This document shows, in pieces, positions 46,257 through 61,116 of a stretch of 64,000 nucleotides of DNA (position 1 is the stretch's first letter; each line of letters begins with the position of its first letter). The notes below the pieces were generated by a model. It was given only the letters and a program-made list of their open reading frames with translations, did not search any database and was not told where the DNA came from. Source of the DNA: Hyaloraphidium curvatum SAG 235-1 (lineage: Eukaryota; Fungi; Monoblepharomycota); the NCBI GenBank assembly GCA_025558095.1, contig JAIVFI010000038.1:186001-250000 (forward strand). Direction: 5' to 3'. A program made the position numbers and the translations under genes.

Positions 46257-46537
46257 GGCTCAATCGCGCAGAATCGGGAGGTTTGCCCCGTGGGATTCGG
46301 ACGGCGGGCAGGCGGGCAAGCGCGCGCGCTGGCCTCACCGGATTTCGCGGATGGCGCCGCCGCACCCCTGGTGACGAGGAGGCGATATCCCGGGTCTTCC
46401 CGACGAGGTGCGTGCAGCCGCGCCACGGAATACTCGCGGGACGCGCCGGGGACGCGCGGCGGCCGCGATGCGGACGGAGCGCGGGCGCCCTGACCCCGGC
46501 CAGGCTGACGCCGCCGCAGCCTCCGGCAGGTCTCCCG

Positions 46538-48263
46538 ATGCTCAAGCGACTCAAGGAGGGCTTCAAGGAAGCGCTAGGCCCGAAGCCGGGCGCGTCAAAG
46601 CCTCCGCCGGTCGAGGCCCGGCCGGGGCCCGCGGCGCCGTCGCCCGCCTCGCCGACAGCGGTCGCCGCGTCGACCTCGCCGCAGGGCGCCGCGTCGCCCG
46701 CGCGATCGTCTCCCGTCTCGCCCCCCGGGCAGCCGCAGCAGGTGGCTCCCCAGCAGGCGCCGCAGCAGCAGGCCCCCCAGGCGCAGGCGGCGCCGGAGCA
46801 GCCCGCCTCCCCTGCGGTTGCCGTGCAGGCCGCACCGGCCTCCTCTCCCCTGACCACCGTCACGACGATGCAGCACGTGGAGGCGGCGCACCAGCAGCCC
46901 GCCGTGCACGTCGCTTCGCCCGCCGGCCCGGACCCAATGGTCGTGGACTCGTCGCCGAAGCAGCCGACGCCGCACGCCGAGGACGCGCAGATGGCGGACG
47001 ACTTTTCCAAACCGACGCCGGTGCCGGTGTCGCAACGGGTCAAAATCAAGTCCTCCCTCAAGGACTATGAGATCCTGAAGACCCTGGGCACGGGCAGCTT
47101 CGGGCGCGTGCACCTCGTGCGGATGCGCGGCGAGCACGAGAAATACCTCGCGATGAAGGTGCTCAAAAAGACGGAGATCGTCAAGCTGAAGCAGGTCGAA
47201 CACACGATCAACGAAAAGAACATCCTGGACGAGCTGGACCACCCCTTCCTGGTCAACATGATCTCGCACTTCCAGGATTCGGTCAACCTGTACATGATCA
47301 TGGAGTACGTGCCGGGCGGAGAGCTCTTTTCTTACCTGCGGAGAAGCGGGGTAGGTTCGGAGTCGTGTCCCCGAATGCTATCGGGCCTGACCGGTTTATC
47401 CTCAGCGTTTCCCCAACCACGTGGCACGTTTCTATGCCGCGGAGGTCGTCCTGGCCTTTGAGTATCTCCATGCACGAGATGTGGTCTACCGGGACCTGAA
47501 GCCTGAGGTACGTCGTGCGTCGCGGGGCCTTCGGCATCCAACTCACACCATTCCTAGAACATCCTCCTCGACTCGACAGGACACATCAAAATCACCGATT
47601 TTGGCTTTGCCAAACGCGTCGAGGACATCACCTGGACGGTGAGATTGCGGGCGGGCGCCCGGCAGCGTCGTGCTAACCCTATTCCCAGCTCTGCGGAACC
47701 CCCGACTACCTCGCCCCCGAAATCATCCAAGCCAAGGGCTACGGCCGCGCCGTGGACTGGTACGCCCTCGGCATCCTCATCTTCGAAATGCTCGCCGGGT
47801 ACCCGCCGTTCTACGACGAGGACCACTACCGGCTGTACGAGAAGATCCTGGCGAGCAAGATCAAGTGGCCGAGCCACTTTGACCCCAACGCCAAGGACCT
47901 CCTCAAGCGGCTCCTTTCCCCGGACCTGACGAAGCGGTACGGCAACCTGAAGGGCGGTTCCAGCGACATCAAGGTGGGCGGTTCTGCGTCCCCTCGTCCG
48001 CGCGGCAGCTGACCCTGCGGCGCAGCGGCACAAGTGGTTCGCCGGGGTGGACTGGACCATGGTCGTGCAGCGCAAGGTCACGCCGCCGTACGTGCCGCCC
48101 GTCAAGAACCCCGGCGACTCGAGCAACTTCGATTCGTACCCGGAGGACTTTGAGCCGTACGGCCGGGAGGGGCCGGATCCGTACAGGGAGAAGGTAGGCT
48201 TCCGGTGGCCGTCATAGCGCGCCCTGGTGCTGACTTCAATCCGCTCAGTTCAAAGACTTTTGA
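46538..48263 (+). CDS. cAMP-dependent protein kinase catalytic subunit
   Basis: [57 protein letters not shown]-terminal FKDF (FxxF); Pro/Gln/Ala-rich N-terminus. Confidence 0.95.
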
Positions 48264-48387
48264 GTGTCGGGTGTTGGGCAGCTGACTGGTCTGGATTCTT
48301 GGGTACTGATGCTACGCCACATTGAATGTAACGCTGCTGCGAAAAAGATGGGTTTCACCAAACTCGAACGACTCGAATGACAGAGAA

Positions 48388-49926
48388 TCACATGATAGTG
48401 CTATCGATCGAACGAACCATGTACCGAGGAGGCAGCTTCTCCGACCGCGACACCCTGAAAGCAAACGTGTCCCCTCCATCCGCCCCCTGGTTCCCGCCGT
48501 GCGCCAAGGACGACGGCCCCGACGACCGCACCCGCCCGTGGATGGTTGTCGGCGCCGCCACCATCTCCTCCAGCGTCCCCTGCGGCCTGCCCTGCCCCCT
48601 CTCCAGCGAGATCGTGTGGTTCACGAGCGCCCCCAGGCCCCTGGCCTTGCCTCCGCGCTGCGACCAGCTCGGGAGCACCAGCGAGGCTGCAAAGACAAAT
48701 ACGGGGTGGCGTTCGAGGACCCGGCGGAGCTCGCCGGCCAGCTGCCGCGGAAAGTCGCCGCGGGGTTGCGGCCGCCTCCCCGCCCCGGGCCCGGAGCCGC
48801 CCCCCGACCCCGGGGCGCGCGGCTCCGTGTCGGCTTCCAGGAAGGCGAACGAGGTCACGGCGTCCAGCACGATGCAGCCGACGTTGGGGTGCGCCTCGAG
48901 GAAGCTGTCCAGCGACATGACCGTGCACAGAGCCGAGAGCGGCGAGGGGGGCTGGAAGAGCAGGATCCGGTCCAGGCATTCGAAGTAGACCTTGCGCACG
49001 GCGTCCTCGGCGGACTGGCCCTCGGCGACCGGCGGGAGTTCCTCGGCCGGCGGCCCGGCGTCCGCGTCCTGCCCCCGGTCCTCGGTCCGCGCGAGCGACT
49101 CCATGACCGCCTTGGGGTCGGGATCGCTGGTTCCGCGGCCATCTGCGGCGGCCTTGGCGCGCTCCTGCTCCATCTGCCGCATGAACTTTGCGAAGCTCGG
49201 CGCCTGCTTGGCCATCTTGGGCGTCGTAGCGGGCCTGGAGGGCCTCCCCGGCGGCCGCTGCGTCGCCTTCCTGTCCGGACTGCCCGCCACCGTTTCCCCC
49301 GCTGCGTCGGGCCCGCCGTCGCCAAAGCGCTGGTGCCACGCGTACGCGACGCGCTCGCGCAGCAGGCATCCGACGCGGTGCATATCGAACCTGTTCTCGC
49401 AGTCGAGCACGACGGCGCACTCGCCGCGGCCGCCCAGGTAGCGCGGCACGGCGAACTCGACGGCGATCCTGCGCAGCAGCTCCGTCTTGCCGGCGCCGGG
49501 GCCACCGAGCAGCTCGCACACGTGGCCCCTGAACAGCCGCGTCGCCATGAACGGGTGCGGCAGCGGCAGCAGCGGCAGCACGCCCAGCGGCGCGAGGTGT
49601 GCGGAGCGGTCGGCTGCGGGCGGCGGGCGCGGTGCGCGGGCGGGCGTGTGCGGCGGGCGCGGCGCGGGCGGCGGCGGCGGCGCGCGCTCGATGTGCCGCG
49701 CGATCTGCGAGAGCGACGAGCGCGGCGCCGCGGGCGACGGGAAGGCGGGCGGCGGCGGCGGTCTTCGGTACGCGGAGCCGAGCGACGACAGCCCGACGCG
49801 GCCCTCGGACGGCGTGGGCGCCGGCGTCGCCTCGCGGGCCTCGCGGGGGACGAGGGAACTCAGCGGCCGCGCGGGCGACGCCGCCTCCTCGGGCGGCCGA
49901 GGCGCGATGAACTTCGGGGCAAACAT
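48388..49926 (-). CDS. RAD51 paralog, XRCC2-like, intronless
   Basis: GHVCELLGGPGAGKTELL Walker A, VPRYLGGRGECAVVLDCENRFDMHR, CLDRILLFQP, CIVLDAVTSF Walker B; Pro-rich N-terminus. Confidence 0.72.
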   Translation of the reverse strand: MFAPKFIAPRPPEEAASPARPLSSLVPREAREATPAPTPSEGRVGLSSLGSAYRRPPPPPAFPSPAAPRSSLSQIARHIERAPPPPPAPRPPHTPARAPRPPPAADRSAHLAPLGVLPLLPLPHPFMATRLFRGHVCELLGGPGAGKTELLRRIAVEFAVPRYLGGRGECAVVLDCENRFDMHRVGCLLRERVAYAWHQRFGDGGPDAAGETVAGSPDRKATQRPPGRPSRPATTPKMAKQAPSFAKFMRQMEQERAKAAADGRGTSDPDPKAVMESLARTEDRGQDADAGPPAEELPPVAEGQSAEDAVRKVYFECLDRILLFQPPSPLSALCTVMSLDSFLEAHPNVGCIVLDAVTSFAFLEADTEPRAPGSGGGSGPGAGRRPQPRGDFPRQLAGELRRVLERHPVFVFAASLVLPSWSQRGGKARGLGALVNHTISLERGQGRPQGTLEEMVAAPTTIHGRVRSSGPSSLAHGGNQGADGGDTFAFRVSRSEKLPPRYMVRSIDSTIM

Positions 49927-50460
49927 CGCTGCGTCCGCAGACCCGCGGCCCGGAGAGCCGCTGCCGCGCGGGGTTCGCACTCCGATTCGGAGGCGAAGGG
50001 ACGACGGTCACTGACTTGACGAGTTCGGACGGGCCGGCCGAATCAAGCACCGCACGGGATAACATCGCCCGACCTACCAATCGAGGTCGCAGATTCCACG
50101 AAAACAACCTCTATGCACGTCACTCGCAGCGCTGACCTTCCTTCTGATGAGAGTGAGGCACGTTCGAGGAGGCAAGACGAGCATCTGTCAAAACACGCTC
50201 ACCCGCTGGCAACGTGCAAAGGGGACATCAACGCGGTGCCACCGAAGCCAAATTCGGCCATTGGACCATCTTCGGCCATCCATTCAGTTTTTTTTTATCA
50301 GGGAGACGCGGAGCTCTGACGTCACAGTGAGTTGCGATACCCAGCCAGGAACATTCCAGGAAGCGCTCCCAGCTCCTAAACCCTCGTCGGTTATCCGGGC
50401 CACCGTTCGCGCGCGCAAGCGACAGTCGATAGTCGGCTGCGTACTCGTGGGCCTCGCAAG

Positions 50461-51736
50461 ATGTCCGTCGGCGCCGAGAAGCAGGTGGCGCCGGCGCCCG
50501 CGCGGGCACCGGCGGCCGGGTTCGTTGGCTCGCCCTTGGAGGGCATCCTTTTCCGCGCCATCTCGTGCGGCGGCGCCGCCGTCGTCCTGTTCGGCCTTCC
50601 GGCGTACTTCCGCAAGAACATCGACGGGCTCGTGGCCGAGTACGGCGAGCGCAACATGTACAGGGTGCTCGGCGTTGGCGCCTTCACCATTCCACGCTTG
50701 GTTTACGAGACGTTCTGTCTCCCGCTGTGCGTAAATCGCCGGGGCGATTGCGCCGTGTGCTCACCCTCTTTAACAGTTACTACTACAACCTCCCCTACTT
50801 CGAGCGCTTCCGGGTCGCCGCCAAGGACTTCCCCTGGCGGTCCTTGAATCCCGAGGAACGGGCGTCCTTCTGGAAGCTGCTCCGGCGATCGGCCGCCGTC
50901 AATCTCGCTCTGTACGCGGGCTACTGGCTCATACCGGACATCCCCATGTGGTTCCCCAAGACTCTGCTCCCTGCCGGTTCGCTCCCGATCGCCGCGGCCG
51001 AGATGCCGTCCATGTCCAAGTTCTTTGCCCAGCTGATGTTCTGCTCTGTTGTCGAGGACACCTGGTTCTATTGGTGCGACGTTCTCGTTACCGCACATGG
51101 ATCACAGATGTGCTGACTGGCTATTCCTCTTCACCACAGGTACCACCGTGCTTTCCACCACCCATCCATTTACCCTTACGTTCACAAGGTACGGAGCAGC
51201 GTTTGCGTTGCTCTTATCGCCTAATCTCCATCCGATCTCCAGTTCCACCACCAATACAACATGCCGATCGCCATGGCCTCCCTGCACTTCCACCCCGTCG
51301 AGCTCGCGACCATCAGCGTCGGCCTGAACCTCCCCGCGGCCATCCTCTCCTTCCTCGGATCCAAGGTCAACCCGGGCTTCCACATCCACGCCACCACGTT
51401 CGCCATATGGCTGCTGATCCGCGCCATCGTCAACGTCGACGAACATTGCGGATACGACTTCCCGTGGTCCCCCTTGCGCGTGCTCGAGCCGTACCCGCTC
51501 CGTGTCGAGCCAAGCCACCACTTTCACCACATCGTCAACAAGGTGTGTCTACGGGAACGCCGGAAACGGGACGGAATTCGTCCGTGGGTCGACGGTCAGC
51601 TGACGCGGCCCGTGGTCGTCCGCAGGGAATGTACGCCGGTCATTTTTCGTTCTGGGACTGGATCTGCGGGACAGACCAGGATTTCAAGGCATACCTCGCC
51701 AAGCGTGCCGAGAGCGGAACGGAGAATGCCAACTAA
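50461..51736 (+). CDS. Sterol desaturase / C-4 methylsterol oxidase-like (fatty acid hydroxylase superfamily)
   Basis: EDTWFYWYHRAFH, VHKFHHQY, HPVE, DEHCGYDFPW, HHFHH, FWDWICGTD histidine boxes; resembles ERG25/MSMO1. Confidence 0.85.
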
Positions 51737-51965
51737 GGTGCCAAGACGAACGATCTGTGTCTGGTGCGGTGATGCTTACATAACCGCTGCGATCGGATAC
51801 GGTCATTGCGCTTACGGGTATGTCGATCTTTAGGCCATAGAAATGGTTACTATTGCAGCACGCTTCCGTATCCGCACCCGAGAGCGCTGGTGTGATTCGA
51901 GGAGGTGAGGCGTAGCCACACGAACGAGATTGATCCGAAACGATCATCCCAAACAATCGCGTCCG

Positions 51966-54950
<2,985 letters not shown>

Positions 54951-55028
54951 GAGAGAGCTCGAAGAGAATTAGCCTGTTTGAGGTCGGACTCGCGATCGGC
55001 CGGTCGCCGCCAAGAATCGTAGAGCAGG

Positions 55029-55991
55029 ATGGAGAGCCTGGCCCGATTCTTCTTTCCTTCGCCTCCGGGGCTCGGCAGCTATCACGGGAAGCGCATCCTC
55101 TTCACGGGTTGCGCCACTGGTCTCGGAAAGGCGGCCGTCCTGCGTCTCGCGTCCGAGGGCGCCGCTATTGTGCTGGTGGACCTCAACGAGGCCGCCCTCT
55201 CGGCGACGGCGGAAGAATGTCGACGTCTTCTCCCCGAAGGCATGGAAGGGACCCAGATTGTGGTTCACGTCGCCGACCTGAGCGAGTTTGGGACCGGACG
55301 GCTAGCGGTGAAGAAGGCCGCCCAAGTCCTGGGAGGCATCGACTTCCTCTTCCTCAATCATCTTGGTGGCCGTGGAGGGACCGGATCACTCAGCGGAGCG
55401 GCGTTTCTGCCGTCGATGCCACTCACGGACGACGCTCTGCTCGGTCTGGTGTCGTGCAACATATCGACTTCCGTGGCCATGGTCAGGGACGCGCTCCCGT
55501 TCCTCCTTGAATCGGGCGGAACGATTTGCTTCACTGGCAGCACCGGTGCCACGCTGCGGATCCCCTTCCTCGCCATGTACTCGCTGATCAAGCAGGGTCT
55601 GATAGCATTTCTCGAGTCCCTGCGGCAGGAACTCAAGTTGCTCCCCGGAAACAGGCACGTCGCGGTGACGATCTGCTACCTGAATGCCGTGGGCACGGAA
55701 ACGTTCTACAGCCAAGTCGGGCGGGACAAGCCGGTGGCCATCGAAGCTCCGCCGGAGCAGATATCGCCCCCCGCGGAAGCTGCGTTCTTCCTCCTGGAGT
55801 CCGCCGCCGACCCACTAGTTGAAGATGCATACGGACCTCTACCGGGTCTTCGGATGGCCAGATTGGTGGCACAGTTGTTCCCGCGCTTCATTGATTCGTT
55901 GACTCGGCGCATTCCAACGGCATCGGAGGCTGCGAAAGACAAGGCTGTGCTGGACTTCGGTCGACTACGAATCGATGTCTTGGAAGGATAA
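55029..55991 (+). CDS. Short-chain dehydrogenase/reductase (11-beta-HSD-like), intronless
   Basis: TGCATGLG cofactor motif, LGGIDFLFLNH, catalytic S and YSLIK (YxxxK). Confidence 0.85.
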   Translation: MESLARFFFPSPPGLGSYHGKRILFTGCATGLGKAAVLRLASEGAAIVLVDLNEAALSATAEECRRLLPEGMEGTQIVVHVADLSEFGTGRLAVKKAAQVLGGIDFLFLNHLGGRGGTGSLSGAAFLPSMPLTDDALLGLVSCNISTSVAMVRDALPFLLESGGTICFTGSTGATLRIPFLAMYSLIKQGLIAFLESLRQELKLLPGNRHVAVTICYLNAVGTETFYSQVGRDKPVAIEAPPEQISPPAEAAFFLLESAADPLVEDAYGPLPGLRMARLVAQLFPRFIDSLTRRIPTASEAAKDKAVLDFGRLRIDVLEG

Positions 55992-56069
55992 GGCCGCCAC
56001 TCTCGGGCAAAGAAATCTACTCCGGCCCATGCTCACAGAACAGATAGTGATGCACTCTCTCTCGCGCGT

Positions 56070-57252
56070 TCAGACCGCAGATGCCAACAGGCGGATGATG
56101 TGATCATAGACCAGATCCCCCAGCTTGACGTAGCCCATTTTCGTGAGGTGGAGTTTGTCGTCAAAGTAAAGGTACTTGTCCCAGTCGCTCAGTGATTCGT
56201 AGGGCATAAGCGTCTCGAGGTCCAGCAACGAAACCCTGGGGACGGCTCGTTCGCCAAATTCCTCCCTGTTGGAGATGGCTTAGCGGCGCAAAGGACATCG
56301 TTCCGCAGCCCAACCCACCTCAAACGCTTGTTCACCTCCTTCCGCGTCGCGTCCCGCGCGGCGTAGTCGGCCTTCTTCGCCTGGAACTCGTTCTCTAGGA
56401 TCGTGCATGCGATGACTTGCGTGTTGCGGTGTCTTTGCAGGGTGATATTGTACAGGTTTTGCAGCCCGCTGAAAACGTGCTCCGCGCTCGAGTGGTTGAG
56501 GTTGATGTCGTTGACACCTAATGGGACCGAATCAGCTGCTAAGCAGTGCGGTTGAGCCGCCGCAACCTACCACCTAGAACGACAACGTGCGTGTAGTACG
56601 CGCCATTGCGTTCCTCCTGGTCCAACCGTCCAATGAGTCGTGACGGGAAACCCCCGTTGACCATGTCTCCCGGAACACCTTCCACGTCCACCTGAACCGG
56701 TACGGCCGTTTGTCGGTCAAAGCTACCCATGAACATCAGCACAATACATACCGTGATGTTGATTCCGGCCAGCCGGGTATCATTTCGGAGCTCCTCTCGC
56801 AAGGTGTCGCCGTAGGGCGTGTACTCCACGGGCTGGCTGTGCTGACCCGCTGTGAGCGAATCTCCCAAAGCCAGAATGCTGAGCGATGTTAGGAGAGGGA
56901 ATGTGACCCCGGGCAGTCCAAGGGGAGCCGCCGTTGTCGGCGATGGCGTCGGCGTCGCCTCGACGGACCGATCGGATGCCGTTGGCGTGGTCGACTCGAG
57001 CGGCGCCGTGGTGGGAGTGGGCTGCACCCATGGCAGGGCCCGTCCCATCATGAGTCCGATGGTCGCCCCGACGCCGACCGCGATGCCGGCCAATGTGGCG
57101 CATGCGATGGCAATCCAGAAAACCACGGTCCTCCTCTGCACGTGCCTCCTGTCATCTTCGTATGCCTTGTGCTCGGCATACTCGATGTAGCCATGGCTTG
57201 TCTTGCCCGGTAAAGGCGCGGGCACGACGACGTTCGGCCTCGGCATTGCCAT
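56070..57252 (-). CDS. Membrane-anchored SGNH/GDSL hydrolase
   Basis: Single TM, Thr/Pro linker, ILALGDSLTAG (block I), GVPG (II), LGGVNDI (III), FDDKLHL (DxxH, V) after splicing. Confidence 0.82.
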
Positions 57253-57608
57253 GGCTCGGGGTGGGATGGTGTTTGAAGGAGTCGCTCGACACGCGAGGCC
57301 CGGGGCCACCACCAACGCCCGATCGGAGAAGAGCCGCGCCGGGCCGAATGCACAACAGATTTTTAGTTCGTCGGCTTATCGCATGAGCACGATGCGCTGG
57401 AACGACCGAGGTTGCGGGGCCACAATTGGAAAGACGCCAAAGTCCAAACAGACCGATCGTCGTTTGCCGACCGCACGCACGCGCCTCCTCAGCTAAACCG
57501 ATCAGGACGATGCTCTCTCAGGCGCATCCAATGAACACAGTGCATTGCAGCAAACGGCAGAAGCGATCAACAAGAAGTTTCATCTACAGGCCGTTGTCGA
57601 CGCGCGCC

Positions 57609-58979
57609 CTACGCATCCGGCTTCGGAGCCAAGTCCTGGGCCAGCCACAGCGCAAGCTCGCGCAGCTCCGTCGTAGCTTCAGGGGGAGCCACCAGCTGCG
57701 GATCATGCTTGCTCAGAGGACGCGTGAGCCTGCTGATGTGTGCGTGCCTCATCTGCCGCGCATGGATCTGGTCCCCGACATTCGACGTCTTCGTCGCGCC
57801 CGAGGGCCGGGAAGACGAGCTTTGATCGTCCCAGGTTTGCGACTTCGTAGGCGTCGGGGCCGAGGTCGACGAGACAGCGGAGAATGATTGCGTTCCAAGG
57901 TCCGCGGGCGAGACAGGAGACCGAGGAGAGGATGGGCTCATCGGCTCGCCACCATCGGGGCCACCGCGCAGAGATTCCGCGTCGCTCTCTTCGTCGTAGA
58001 AGGATTCGGCCCCGGTCATCCGTGATGGGGTCGCGCTGTACTGCGAGGCGCCGTCGTAGAAGTCATCCGGGGATCCGGGAGTCTGGGCAGGGTACCCGTA
58101 GCTGTCAAAGTGCGGGGGCTCGAACTTCATGTCGATCTCCATCTGCTTCTTGCGCCGTTTCATGAAGTAGTACGCCAATCCGGACGTCGTGAGGACCTGC
58201 AGTTCGGTTCGGGGTCAGCAACGACGGCAGGGAATGTCGGCACAGCAACACCAACCGCAGCAATGAGCAGCGTGACGAGAGTGATGAGGGTGATTCTGTC
58301 GCTGGTCATGAAGGCATCGCTCTGACCGGGTGCGGAGAGGACCCTCGTGGGGCTGTAGGTGGCGTAGTAGATTCCGTACGGGTAGCGAGTGGTCGTGGTC
58401 GCGGTGCTCGTCGCATTGACCCCGTGCGGCTCGATGATGTAGATGCCCGAATCCTGGGTCTCCGCCGGCCCAGTCGGCGTCTCGCTCGAAGGCGTCGTGG
58501 CATCGGGCGGTGGAGCAGCTGCTTTAGCACCTGGGAAGAACACCGATCAGTCACCATGCATCCAAACGGGAGGCGACACGAAATGGCCTACCTCCGTTCC
58601 ACGAGGTGTCCAGCGGGACCCCAGCACGGGAATCCGTGGCCGTCAGGCACCATCCCTGGGTGTACGACCGGCAGGCCTGGCCCGAGAACCCGTTGAAGGT
58701 GCTCGGCGCCTCGGACCACGACACCACGATGGTGCACGAAGAGTCCGCATAGAACGAGCACCGCAGCCGGTCCGGCCCGGCACACTGGTATCCGCCTCCG
58801 AGTGCTCGGACGGCGACGTACATCATGTTGTCGGCATCGATGCACCGCCATACCGAGGGGCGGGCCGCGGCCGTTGTGGCCGCGGCGGCCGGAGCATTGC
58901 TCGTGGCCGGGGCATTGCCCGTCGCCAATGCAGGGGCCGTCGCCAGGGCAGTGCCCGTCGCGGTCGGCCTCAGTGCCAT
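57609..58979 (-). CDS. Single-pass membrane protein with Cys-rich extracellular-like module (start uncertain)
   Basis: WRCIDADNMMYVAVR...YQCAGPDRLRCSFYADSSC...C...WC, Thr/Pro stalk, TM (LITLVTLLIAAVGVVLTTSGLAYYF), KRRKK stop-transfer, Ser-rich tail. Confidence 0.6.
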
Positions 58980-59297
58980 GGCGGGAAGCTGCCGCCGCTG
59001 GCGAAACCGCGGGCCGCCGGGCCCGGCCGACGCCGGCGGACGGGGATTCGTCCCACGGCCAACCGAGGCGACGAGAGCCCCGCGACCGCCCGGGCAAGCT
59101 GCACGGTCTTCTTGGCCGGCAGTGCAGGAGGTGTGCGGGGCGAAGCGATGCCAGAATTGCCGAATGCGGCTCCCCCGTCCCCCGCAAACCATCAAAGGTC
59201 CCCCGCGCACTAAGGCACTAAGCGCACGGTGATAGGCGAAACCGCGGATACCAACGCTAAGCCCATCGTTCACACACAAACCCGACACCGGACCACG

Positions 59298-59652
59298 ATG
59301 GCGACGTTCTGGCGCGCAGCGGGCCTGAGGTGATTACAGCAGATTGCGCCGGGAGCGCCGCGGGCGCCCGGCCCCGCCGCCGCGCCTCGAGCACCGGAGC
59401 CAACGCCACGCCGTCCGCGCCACGCAGCTACATCCAATACGTGACCATCGCCGCCCGTTGCGTGCGCCTCTCGCTCAAGGAGGAGTTCCGGGTGGTCGCC
59501 ATGAGGCGGCAGGAGACCGTCGCCAAGGCGGCGGTGTGGGCCGACGGGAAGATGGGCGAAAACGTGGGTCCGCGGCTCGCGCTGCCATGCGCCGCTGACA
59601 TCCGGCCGCCATCCAGAAATTCATCAGCTCCGAGGCGGAAGCGTCGTCTTAG
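59298..59652 (+). CDS. ATP15: Mitochondrial F1 ATP synthase epsilon subunit
   Basis: MATFWRAAGLSYIQYVTIAARCVRLSLKEE...WADGK; two introns. Confidence 0.9.
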
Positions 59653-60010
59653 GGACCCGTGTTTGCCGGCGGGGCCGGGATGGGCGCCCGGCCGTGAATA
59701 CAGGCCGGACTCGCCGTTCGCCGGCTCCGCGCCTCGCTCTGCACGCGGCCTTTTCTATTCTTGTCCAGAGCTTGACGGTGGAGAAGGTGCGCCAGGCGAT
59801 CTCTAGCTTAAAGACGCTGGAGCCTCGTGGAGCTGGGGTGCACGGAGAGGAGGTCTGCCTCGTCCTCGTCGTCTGTCCGGTCCCTCTTGGACCTAGCCAT
59901 GACGAGCCCGCCGGTCCTTCGCCCGATTTAGTAGGTTGGCAATATCGCCGGCAGGATACAGAAGCGCTTCGGGTGCAGCAAAAGAGCCATATCTTCCAGA
60001 CTGTACATGC

Positions 60011-60770
60011 TCAGTATCCGAAGTCGGCGAGCTTCTGCTTCACGACCTGCATGCCCTCGCCGGCCGCGTCCTCCGCCTTCTTTGCTGCCCGGAGCGACGC
60101 CTTCTTCTGCTTGTAGAACTCTGCGCTGCGCACCTTGCGCTTCTCCTCCAGCTTGGCCACCACGCCCTCGTACTTCCAGCCCATCTCGGTGCTCAGCCTC
60201 TTGAGCGTGCAGAACTTCCGGCCGGGCTTCAGACGCAGGACGCGCAGGGCCTCGGGCACGACCATGCGGTGCTCCTTGTCGTACGGCGGCGGCACGCCCT
60301 CAAAGACCTTCAGCCTCTCCATGGCAGCCTCCCCGCGCGGCGTCTTGTGGGGCAGCATGCCGCGGACGGTGCGGGCAAAGATCCTCGACGGTGCGCGGAA
60401 GTGGTACGGGCCGCGGCTGGGGTTGTGGATCATGCGCTTGCGCAGGAAGTTGAGGTACTTGACTGTTGGAGGGCGGCGCGGCGTCAGCCCGGCCCGGCGT
60501 GCCCGCGGGTGCCGCGCGACTACTCACGCTTGGCACGGTAGAAGCTGCCGCTCATGTTTATCTCCTCCGCCCTCACGACGACGACGCTCTTCCCCTTGAG
60601 GAGCTGCTTGGCGACGATGGACGCCAGCCGGCCCAGGAGGTGGCCCTTGCCATCGACGACGACGTACTGCACAGTCCGATGCGGGAACAAGGAACCGTCA
60701 GCCTCCAGCTTCCAGCACGGCCCCCGGGGAGGCCGGACGAGGGGACACCAACGCGTCTCTTGTACGGCAT
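60011..60770 (-). CDS. RPL16: 60S ribosomal protein uL13 (L16/L13a)
   Basis: [58 protein letters not shown]. Confidence 0.97.
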
Positions 60771-61116
60771 TTTGGTTCCGCCGGCTGATAGAGAGAGGAG
60801 AAAATGGCACAGCAGGGCAGTCCGATGATCCAGAGAGAGTGGTGGGAGCCGTCAACGGGAGCAGAGAAGCGGCGGGGAGAGATGGCGGGCCAGCAGCAGG
60901 TTGGTCCGCGCAGAGCGTCGCCGGGTCCGCCGCACGAAGGGGACAGCGGGCACGGGCAGGGCACCGGGACTCGTCAGACCGTTCGCCGAGCAGCCCGCAG
61001 CGCCGCAGCCCACCGATGCAGCCGAGCAGAGGGAGGGAGTGGCGAGTGGGATGCGCAGCGGGTTTGTCGATTCGCCGCGATGACCCTGGGTTGGGGAAAG
61101 GGGTTGCTCGGGAACG

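Noticed and set aside
48322-50107. 565-aa and 568-aa ORFs overlapping the XRCC2-like gene
   Set aside because: Arg/Ala/Gly/Pro-rich alternative frames expected in very GC-rich DNA.
50143-50300. CTGATGA followed later by a T-run, as a possible hammerhead ribozyme or Pol III RNA
   Set aside because: No stem II/GAAA core or tRNA-like fold found by eye.
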